A DNA stretch of 16,383 bases, taken from Pyrobaculum sp. (GTDB lineage: Archaea > Thermoproteota > Thermoprotei > Thermoproteales > Thermoproteaceae). A program made the translations under genes and the position numbers. Location of the stretch: assembly GCA_046293555.1 (NCBI GenBank), contig JBKBOT010000001.1, forward strand, positions 71,270 to 87,652. The letters run 5' to 3'. Under the pieces are notes generated by a model that was not told the DNA's origin, did no database searches, and saw nothing but the letters and a program-made list of their open reading frames with translations. This document shows positions 1 to 6,980 of the stretch, in pieces (position 1 is the stretch's first letter; the number at the start of each line of letters is the position of its first letter).

Positions 1-1
1 G

Positions 2-1060
2 TCTGTCTACGCCAGGTTGGGAAGGCCCACCCCCCTGATTAGGGCGGAGGGTCTGGAGAAGAGGTTGGGCAGGGGGGTGAGAATTTACTACAAGTATGAG
101 GGCGTGTTGCCCGTGGGGTCACATAAGCTAAACACCGCAGTGGCCCAAGCCTATTACGCCAAGGCCGACGGCGCTGTGGAGATAGCCACAGAAACCGGGG
201 CGGGGCAGTGGGGCATGGCGGCATCTCTTGCCGCAGCTCTTTTTGGCCTCAGGGCTGTGGTCTTCATGACGCGGTCTTCCTACAGCTCGAAAAGACAGAG
301 GGTGGCCTTCATGAAGACATATGGCGCCGTGGTGTATCCAAGCCCGAGCGAGATTACAGAAGCTGGCAGAAGGCACTACCGGCCTGACCACTCCGGCTCT
401 TTGGGCATAGCCATATCTGAGGCTGTGGAGTACGTCCTCTCTGGAGAGAAGAGGCGGTATCTCCCCGGCAGCGTGATGGAATTCGTCTTGTTACACCAGA
501 CGGTAATAGGGCTGGAGGCCATACGGCAGCTGCCCGAGGAGCCAGATGTGGCTGTGGCGTGTGTGGGCGGGGGGTCTAACTTCGGCGGCTTTGTGTACCC
601 CATGTTGGGCATGAAGCTAAGAGGCGAGGGGTTTGAGAAAACGCGTTTTATCGCCGTGGAGTCAACCGCAGCCCCAAAGCTCACCAGAGGGACGTTGAGA
701 TATGACTTCCCAGACGCCGTGGGGGTCCTGCCGATGATCAGAATGTATACCCTAGGTCACAACTACATCCCGCCGGCCGTACATGCGGCAGGTTTGAGAT
801 ACCACGGCGCGGCGCCTAGTTTGTCGTTATTGAGAAAACTCGGCTATGTGGAGGCGTTGGCTTATAGCCAGGAGGAAGTTATGAAGGCAGCCCTCCTTTT
901 TGCCAAAAGCGAGGGGGTTATCCCAGCCCCCGAGTCGGCACATGCGATAAGAGCGGTTTTAGATCTGGCTGAAAAACTGCCGGCAGGCTCTGTGGTGGCT
1001 TTTAACCTCTCTGGACATGGCCTATTAGATGTAGATGCCTACGAGAAGGCATCCGTCTAA
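2..1060 (+). CDS. trpB: Tryptophan synthase beta chain, TrpB2 type (5'-truncated by window edge)
   Basis: Motifs RPTPLIRA, GSHKLNTA (PLP Lys), TETGAGQWG, ACVGGGSNFGG, HAAGLRYHG, APESAHA, FNLSGHG. QWG and GLRYHG are TrpB2-type. The frame is open from position 2 (SVYARLGRPTP), so the real start is upstream of the window. Confidence 0.95.
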   Translation, partial: SVYARLGRPTPLIRAEGLEKRLGRGVRIYYKYEGVLPVGSHKLNTAVAQAYYAKADGAVEIATETGAGQWGMAASLAAALFGLRAVVFMTRSSYSSKRQRVAFMKTYGAVVYPSPSEITEAGRRHYRPDHSGSLGIAISEAVEYVLSGEKRRYLPGSVMEFVLLHQTVIGLEAIRQLPEEPDVAVACVGGGSNFGGFVYPMLGMKLRGEGFEKTRFIAVESTAAPKLTRGTLRYDFPDAVGVLPMIRMYTLGHNYIPPAVHAAGLRYHGAAPSLSLLRKLGYVEALAYSQEEVMKAALLFAKSEGVIPAPESAHAIRAVLDLAEKLPAGSVVAFNLSGHGLLDVDAYEKASV

Positions 1061-1061
1061 C

Positions 1062-1075
1062 AAAGCTTATATATA
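1062..1075 (+). promoter_or_regulatory. BRE/TATA promoter upstream of trpD (AAAGCTTATATATA)
   Basis: A-rich BRE plus TTATATATA in the short trpB-trpD spacer. Same layout as the metB promoter; ATG at 1093 lies 26 nt after the first T. Confidence 0.65.
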
Positions 1076-1103
1076 TCTGTTTTCCTAGCTTTATGGCTTC
1101 GGG

Positions 1104-2093
1104 GTGGTAATACTAAAGAAACTTGGCGAGGGGGGCAGGCTGACGGCCGACGAGGCTTATCTCCTCGGGAGGTCTATTCTCTCCGGCGAGTTGGGTGAAA
1201 TCGAGATGGCGGCAGCTCTTTCAGCAATGAGGGCCAGGGGGGAGACGGCAGAAGAGATAATAGGCTTTGTGAAAATGGCCAGGGAGTTCGCCGTAAAGGT
1301 CCCGTTGAGAGTTGAGGCTATAGACACGGCGGGCACTGGGGGAGATGGCGGGAGGACAATTAACCTATCCACGGCGGCGGCTATAGTGGCCTCTGCGGCT
1401 GGCGCAGCTGTGTTAAAACACGGAAATCGCTCAGCCTCGGGGTTTTTCGGAAGTGCGGACTTCATGGAGGCGGTGGGGTACAACCTCGAGGTGGGGCCCG
1501 AGAAGGCGGCAGCCATGGTGGAATCTCTAGGGTTCGCTTTTGTCTTCGCGCCTAGGTACCACCCGGCGTTTGCCAAGGCGGCGCCTGTAAGAAGGAGGCT
1601 GCCCTTTAGGACTATTTTCAACATTGTGGGGCCTCTGGCGAACCCCGGTTGTGTCAAACGTCAGCTAATCGGCGTGGCGGAGCCCCAGCTGGTAGACATA
1701 GTGGCAGAGGCAGCGGCTGGGCTGGGGTTCCAAAGGGCGGTTGTGGTACATGGAGGTGGGGTAGACGAGGTGACCACCGAGGGCCCAACCATTGTGGCTG
1801 AGGTAAATGGGTTTAAGATCGAGCGTTATACCGTCACCCCAGCGGACTTGGGGGCCCCTGTGGTTAAACTCCCAAGGGCCGAGACTAGAGAGGAGGCCGT
1901 AGAGAAGACGTTGAGGGGGCTGAGGGGCGTGGATAGAGAGGTGGCTACGGCTATTGCCATAAACGCGGCGTTTGCCCTATATGTGGCCGGCGTGGTTAAA
2001 GACGCCAGAGATGGCTATGAGCTGGCCATGAGGATAATTGAGGGGGGGCTGGCTTACTCCAAGTTGTTAAGGGTGGTGGAGGCGTCTAGATGA
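1104..2093 (+). CDS. trpD: Anthranilate phosphoribosyltransferase
   Basis: DTAGTGGDG, INLSTAAA, KHGNRSAS, GSAD, FAPRYHPAF, RTIFNIVGPLANP, DE motif. GTG start; exact start uncertain (see finding). Confidence 0.96.
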   Translation: MVILKKLGEGGRLTADEAYLLGRSILSGELGEIEMAAALSAMRARGETAEEIIGFVKMAREFAVKVPLRVEAIDTAGTGGDGGRTINLSTAAAIVASAAGAAVLKHGNRSASGFFGSADFMEAVGYNLEVGPEKAAAMVESLGFAFVFAPRYHPAFAKAAPVRRRLPFRTIFNIVGPLANPGCVKRQLIGVAEPQLVDIVAEAAAGLGFQRAVVVHGGGVDEVTTEGPTIVAEVNGFKIERYTVTPADLGAPVVKLPRAETREEAVEKTLRGLRGVDREVATAIAINAAFALYVAGVVKDARDGYELAMRIIEGGLAYSKLLRVVEASR

Positions 2094-3337
2094 AGATACC
2101 TCTTTCAAAACTGCCACAGCCCAGAGAGTTGGCGCATATGTTGTACACAGCTGGGGAGGATTTCGTGGCGTTGCTAGAGTCCGGGCAGGGGTATATAGAG
2201 AGGTCTAGATACACCCTGGTGGCGTGGGGCGTGGAGAGGGAGTTTGTATCCTACGGCGTGGATCTCTACAAGACGCTTGACGCAGCCTACCGGGAGGCCC
2301 TACAGTCTTCCGACATGACTATCGGCGTGGTTGCCTACGACGCCGTGGCGTATATCGAGCCAGTCTTGTTGAGATACGGCAAGATGGACAGAGAGGTGCC
2401 TATAGCTTTTTTCGTAAAGCCGCGGGGGTACCTCCTATACGACAGGCTGTTGGGGAGGGCCTATCTACGCGGCGAGTTGCCCAAACTCTCCCCGAAAGGG
2501 GGGGAGGTCTACATACAGGGGCCGGCGGGGGAGACCGACCACGCGTCATTTCTCAAATGGGTTGGAGAGGCCAGGAGGAGAATTCAAGAGGGGGAGGTCT
2601 TCCAGGTGGTGTTATCTCGCTATGAGGAGTATAGGGTGGGCGGCGACTTGTTTAGACTATATACAGGCATGGCGGAGCTAAACCCCTCGCCGTATATGTA
2701 CTTCCTGAAGTGGCGCGACATATATCTGCTGGGCACCTCGCCGGAGCTTTTAGTAAAAGTGGTGGGAGACAGGTCCGAGACTCACCCAATTGCCGGCACT
2801 AGGCCGCGGGGCGTCTCTGAGGAGGAGGACATAGCCCTAGAGGAGGAGTTACTTAAAGACGAGAAAGAGCTGGCGGAACACATCATGTTGGTAGACCTGG
2901 CCCGTAACGACCTTGGGAAGGTCTGTAGGCCGGGGACCGTGAGGGTAGACGAGCTGTATGCCGTGGAGAAATACAGCCGTGTCCAACATCTCGTCTCGCG
3001 GGTATCTTGCGTCATGGACCGTAAGCTTACTCCAGTAGACGCCCTCTGGGCCACACATCCAGCCGGCACGGTGTCCGGCGCGCCTAAGGTGAGGGCCATG
3101 GAGATAATTGCGGAGCTGGAGACAAGACCACGCGGCCTATATGCAGGCGCTTTGGGGTTCTTCTCGCCAAGCCTCTCCGAGTTCGCCATAGTGATCAGGA
3201 CGGCGGTGGTTAAAGACGAGACCTTGAGGATACAGGCAGGCGCCGGGGTGGTGTACGACTCTACCCCAGAGAGGGAACTCGGGGAGACGCAGGCAAAACT
3301 TAAGGCCTTGAGAGAGGCGTTGGGGGCATGGACCTGA
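2090..3337 (+). CDS. trpE: Anthranilate synthase component I
   Basis: LLES and NPSPYMY (Trp feedback motifs), GEVFQVVLSR, SPELL, PIAGTRPRG, KELAEHIMLVDLARND, PAGTVSGAPKVRAM, QAGAGVVYDS. ATGA overlap with the trpD stop. Confidence 0.95.
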   Translation: MKIPLSKLPQPRELAHMLYTAGEDFVALLESGQGYIERSRYTLVAWGVEREFVSYGVDLYKTLDAAYREALQSSDMTIGVVAYDAVAYIEPVLLRYGKMDREVPIAFFVKPRGYLLYDRLLGRAYLRGELPKLSPKGGEVYIQGPAGETDHASFLKWVGEARRRIQEGEVFQVVLSRYEEYRVGGDLFRLYTGMAELNPSPYMYFLKWRDIYLLGTSPELLVKVVGDRSETHPIAGTRPRGVSEEEDIALEEELLKDEKELAEHIMLVDLARNDLGKVCRPGTVRVDELYAVEKYSRVQHLVSRVSCVMDRKLTPVDALWATHPAGTVSGAPKVRAMEIIAELETRPRGLYAGALGFFSPSLSEFAIVIRTAVVKDETLRIQAGAGVVYDSTPERELGETQAKLKALREALGAWT

Positions 3338-3906
3338 CTTTGATTATTGACAATTATGACAGCTTTGTTTTCAACATAGCCCACTATGTGGCTGAGCTGG
3401 GCAGCCGCCCCATAGTGTTGAGAAACGACGAGGTGACTACAAAAATTGTGGAGAGGATTAGGCCGGACAGGATAATACTCTCGCCGGGTCCCGGCAGCCC
3501 CGCCAACCCACGTGATGTGGGTAACTCTATGGACATCGTAAGGGAGTTCCACGAGAGAATTCCAATACTGGGGGTATGTCTGGGGCATCAGATAGTTGGT
3601 TACGTCTTTGGCGCCTCCATTAGGAGGGCTAGGGCTATTAAACACGGCAAGACGAGCCAGGTTAGGCACTACGGGGGCCCTCTCTACACCTCTGTGCCAG
3701 AAGTCTTTACCGCCATGCGGTATCACAGCCTTGTGGTTGACAACCCCCCAGAAGAGTTGGCTGTAGAGGCGGTGTCGCTAGACGACGGCGAGATTATGGG
3801 GATTCGCCATAGGGAATACCGCGTCTATGGTGTGCAGTTCCACCCGGAGTCTGTGGGTACGCCACATGGAAAGAGGATAATTAAGAACTTTCTTGACTTG
3901 ATATGA
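3328..3906 (+). CDS. trpG: Anthranilate synthase component II (class I glutamine amidotransferase)
   Basis: IDNYDSF, ILSPGPGSP, LGVCLGHQ (catalytic Cys), RYHSL, GVQFHPES (His-Glu). Confidence 0.96.
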   Translation: MDLTLIIDNYDSFVFNIAHYVAELGSRPIVLRNDEVTTKIVERIRPDRIILSPGPGSPANPRDVGNSMDIVREFHERIPILGVCLGHQIVGYVFGASIRRARAIKHGKTSQVRHYGGPLYTSVPEVFTAMRYHSLVVDNPPEELAVEAVSLDDGEIMGIRHREYRVYGVQFHPESVGTPHGKRIIKNFLDLI

Positions 3907-4616
3907 CTCTCCCCAAGCCGGCTCTAGGGGTGTATCTAGTGGCCGGCTGGCCAGATGTGGCTACCTACAGGGCGGCAGTGGGCGTGCTTAAAGAGTCGGC
4001 GGACTTCTTTGAGTTAGGTGTACCTACGGCAAGCCCGAAGTACGACGGGCCGTTTATACGGAGGGCACATAGAGAGGTGGCCGTTGTCGACTGGAGTAGG
4101 CCAGATGTCGCCACATATCTCATGGCGTATTGGGAGGACCACGTCCACGACCCCTCGAGGCTTTTCAGACTTGCCGTAGATATAGGCGCCAGGGCGGTGT
4201 TGGCGCCTGACTTGTTGATAGATTTTCCAGAGGAGTTAGAGAGATATCTAGACATGAGTAGGGGCCATGGCCTCTCCACCGCCTTTTTTCTTCCCAGCAA
4301 GTTTCCCCACGTCTTGGCGAAAAATATTGCAGAGCTAAAGCCAGATTTCATATATCTAGGCCTCTATGCGGCCACTGGGATCGAGCTGCCTATATATGTG
4401 GAGCGAAATATCGAGCTCTTGAAAAAAATTACGGCTGGCACATATATAGTGGCCGGCTTTGCTATAGATACGCCAGAAAAAGCGGCGAGACTGATAAAGG
4501 CGGGGGCAGATGCAGTAGTGGTAGGCACCGCCTTTATGAAAAAACTAAGGTCTAGCCTAGAGGAGGCGGCCTCTTTTCTAGAGTCGATAAGAACTGCCAT
4601 AAGTAACGCTTTGTGA
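3903..4616 (+). CDS. trpA: Tryptophan synthase alpha chain
   Basis: YLVAGWP, ADFFELGVP...PKYDGPFI (catalytic Glu/Asp), YLMAY, VAGFAI, GADAVVVGTAF. ATGA overlap with trpG; located in the trp cluster. Confidence 0.9.
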   Translation: MTLPKPALGVYLVAGWPDVATYRAAVGVLKESADFFELGVPTASPKYDGPFIRRAHREVAVVDWSRPDVATYLMAYWEDHVHDPSRLFRLAVDIGARAVLAPDLLIDFPEELERYLDMSRGHGLSTAFFLPSKFPHVLAKNIAELKPDFIYLGLYAATGIELPIYVERNIELLKKITAGTYIVAGFAIDTPEKAARLIKAGADAVVVGTAFMKKLRSSLEEAASFLESIRTAISNAL

Positions 4617-4742
4617 CGTAAGTCGACCATCTTTACGTCTGTTAATTAAATAGGACGTCAATACTGTAAACTTAAAAATGTAGAGATATATCTATATTAG
4701 CTCTATAATATATATTAATTGACTTTAATAATATAGGGTTAT

Positions 4743-4756
4743 AAAAGATTTATATA
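4743..4756 (+). promoter_or_regulatory. BRE/TATA promoter for the metB-like gene (AAAAGATTTATATA), probably giving a leaderless mRNA
   Basis: TTTATATA at 4749-4756, 27 nt before the in-frame ATG at 4776, with an A-rich BRE upstream. Confidence 0.7.
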
Positions 4757-4775
4757 GATGGTTTGTGATATCTCT

Positions 4776-5930
4776 ATGCGGCGGGGCACCATCCCGGTGC
4801 GTGGCTACAAGAACCCGGATCATTACGGCTCGTTACAGCCGCCTATCTACCAGACTGCCGTATTTAGAATGGAGGGCGAGGCTCTTAAGTCCGACAGGGG
4901 GTTTGACCTAAAGTACAGCCGGGAGGAAAACCCAACCCTCCGCCCTCTTGAGGAGGTACTTGCAAGACTGGAAGAGGGAGTTGACGCCCTGGCTTTTAAC
5001 AGCGGGATGGCGGCCTTGTCTACCGTCTTTCTCGCCTTGCTCGAGGCCGGCAGCTCTATATTAGCCCCCATGGAGTCCTACGGCGCCACGTTGAGACTTC
5101 TGGCATCTCTAGAGAAGTACGGCATAAGGCTTAGAAAGGCCTATCCAGACACAGAGATTTATATCGAAGAGCTAAAGGCCTCCCGGCCCACCGTGGCGTT
5201 TTTTGAAACTATCACAAACCCCAACCTTAAGGTTTTTGACGTCCCAGAGGTAATCAAGGCGGCTAGAGACCTCGGGGCCTGGGTGGTGGTAGACAACACT
5301 TTTGCCACGCCGGTGTTAATCACGCCGATAGCCCACGGGGCAGATCTAGTGGCTCACTCCGCCTCGAAGTATTTAGCTGGACATAACGACGTGATAGGCG
5401 GCGCGGTGGTAGCCGCCAGCCGTGAGCTCGTAGAGGAGCTCTGGCTCTGGAGAGCCATGTTGGGCACCATAATGCAGCCTTTTGAGGCCTATCTCACCTT
5501 GAGGGGAGTCAAGACGTTGGGAGTTAGGTTTGAACAACAGTGTAAAAACGCCATGGCTGTGGCAGAGTTTCTCGTAGAACATAGCAAGGTGGCTGAAGTG
5601 ATGTATCCAGGTCTCTCCACACATCCACATCACCACATAGCTAGAAAACTCTTCGGCGGTAGGTACGGCGCCGTGGTGTCCTTTAAGATCAGGGGGGGTC
5701 AGGAGGCCGCCATAAGGTTTTTCAAGTTTCTAAAGGTAATAACGCCGAGTCCGAGCCTAGGCGGCGTGGAGAGTATAGCCACATACCCCATCACCAGCGC
5801 CGCATCTCCTATAGCAGACGAGGAAAAAAGGCTTTTAGGCATCACAGAGGAGTTAATACGGCTGTCGGTAGGTATAGAAGACCCTCAAGATCTCATCGAG
5901 GATCTAGACCAGGCGTTGAAAAACGCCTAA
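4776..5930 (+). CDS. metB: Cystathionine gamma-synthase / Cys-Met metabolism PLP-dependent enzyme
   Basis: PPIYQT, YSREENPT, FNSGMAA, ETITNP, VVDNTFATP, HSASKYLAGHND (PLP Lys), SLGGVES, LIRLSVGIED. Start placed at ATG 4776 because ATG 4758 abuts the TATA box. Exact specificity (synthase vs lyase) cannot be read from the sequence. Confidence 0.85.
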   Translation: MRRGTIPVRGYKNPDHYGSLQPPIYQTAVFRMEGEALKSDRGFDLKYSREENPTLRPLEEVLARLEEGVDALAFNSGMAALSTVFLALLEAGSSILAPMESYGATLRLLASLEKYGIRLRKAYPDTEIYIEELKASRPTVAFFETITNPNLKVFDVPEVIKAARDLGAWVVVDNTFATPVLITPIAHGADLVAHSASKYLAGHNDVIGGAVVAASRELVEELWLWRAMLGTIMQPFEAYLTLRGVKTLGVRFEQQCKNAMAVAEFLVEHSKVAEVMYPGLSTHPHHHIARKLFGGRYGAVVSFKIRGGQEAAIRFFKFLKVITPSPSLGGVESIATYPITSAASPIADEEKRLLGITEELIRLSVGIEDPQDLIEDLDQALKNA

Positions 5931-6226
5931 CGTATATACAGCAAGCCGTCGGCAGTAGTTCCAATAGTTAAAACTCCGGCAGTCCTCTCTATGGCTAACA
6001 CACGCCACCTTTCTATCTTTACGCCACAGGAGAGGTAGAGATATCCGCCGTCTTTCACCACGTGGAATCTTCCATATACTACAAGCTCGGAGCCGGGGAC
6101 CTCTAGCGCCATCTTGACGGCTTGACATGGGGCAGGCGTGGAGAGATGGACGAAGGTAGCTACATAGCTAGAAAAAGTCGCCACCGCCAGGAGGAGAAGA
6201 GCGGCTAGAGTAAGCTCCTCAGTCAC
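5927..6226 (-). CDS. Small membrane-anchored pilin-like protein (99 aa)
   Basis: N-terminal MTEE followed by a hydrophobic helix, then a beta-rich tail with 2 Cys. GTGA overlap with the upstream gene; last gene of the pilus cluster. Confidence 0.65.
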   Translation of the reverse strand: MTEELTLAALLLLAVATFSSYVATFVHLSTPAPCQAVKMALEVPGSELVVYGRFHVVKDGGYLYLSCGVKIERWRVLAIERTAGVLTIGTTADGLLYIR

Positions 6227-6474
6227 GGCTTAAATCGACAGCTCATATTTAACACCCTGTAGGCCACCCCAGGGGGGGCCTCTAGAACCCCCCTATCTCT
6301 ACACACCACGTGGCTCAACGTGAGGTTTTTCTCCTCAACCCACCTATAGGCCTCGGGCCAGTAGAGAAAAACCGCCGTGAGGTCAGTCTTAGCCACCTCC
6401 ACCGGCTTGAAAAAAGACATGGTGGCCACAGCTAGGCCAAAGAGTATGGGGATAAACACCAGCTCTACCCTCAT
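6223..6474 (-). CDS. Small membrane-anchored pilin-like protein (83 aa)
   Basis: Start re-placed at ATG 6474 (MRVELVFIPILFGLAVATMSFF). 2 Cys; NLT and NMS sequons. Confidence 0.6.
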   Translation of the reverse strand: MRVELVFIPILFGLAVATMSFFKPVEVAKTDLTAVFLYWPEAYRWVEEKNLTLSHVVCRDRGVLEAPPGVAYRVLNMSCRFKP

Positions 6475-6493
6475 GGGGTTACAGCGGGGTGGG

Positions 6494-6506
6494 GGGAAAA
6501 ATGTTA
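6494..6506 (-). promoter_or_regulatory. Cluster motif TAA-CA-TTTTTCCC
   Basis: Exact copy, 32 nt before ATG 6474. Confidence 0.5.
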
Positions 6507-6980
6507 ACATCTCACCAGCACAAGTCTTATCGTAAACTGGTACCCGGCCTCCGCAGCCTCTGGGTCAAACTCTGTAGCTGTGTCACATGTGGCGTAGTAG
6601 TGGGTAATCTTCCCCCCATCTACTGCAGGTAGTATGTAGGAACAGTCTGTGAGATGTATGGTGTTGTTCTCCATGGTATAAGTAACTCCCATCAACATGT
6701 GGGGTGGGGGACAGCGCCCCAAAGCCAATACTGAGAGAGGTGGGGTCGTGTGGCTAGTGGGGGCGGGGACCAAAAGCCACGACCTCGTGTCGTAATACGC
6801 CAGATAGTTCCTCACGCCAATTGGCACGTGGGATTTTACCCACCTTTCCGCCTTTATAGATTCAGCCACATGTCTAACCGTCCAGTAGTCTTTCTGAAAG
6901 ACTGTAGACATCGAGGCCGTTATGACTACAGTAAAGGCTAAAGCCGCAGTGATGGTCAACAGGGCTTTGGCTGATAACAT
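6504..6980 (-). CDS. Membrane-anchored/secreted protein, putative minor pilin (158 aa)
   Basis: N-terminal hydrophobic helix (KALLTITAALAFTVVITASMS), 4 Cys including the C-terminal residue, NNT sequon. Confidence 0.65.
   Translation of the reverse strand: MLSAKALLTITAALAFTVVITASMSTVFQKDYWTVRHVAESIKAERWVKSHVPIGVRNYLAYYDTRSWLLVPAPTSHTTPPLSVLALGRCPPPHMLMGVTYTMENNTIHLTDCSYILPAVDGGKITHYYATCDTATEFDPEAAEAGYQFTIRLVLVRC

Noticed and set aside
2782-3726. 314-aa minus-strand ORF
   Set aside because: Antisense shadow of the well-supported trpE/trpG; low-complexity Ser-rich translation with no motifs.
39-5636. Other short minus-strand ORFs over the trp and metB genes
   Set aside because: Almost wholly nested antisense to conserved enzymes, as expected in GC-rich DNA.
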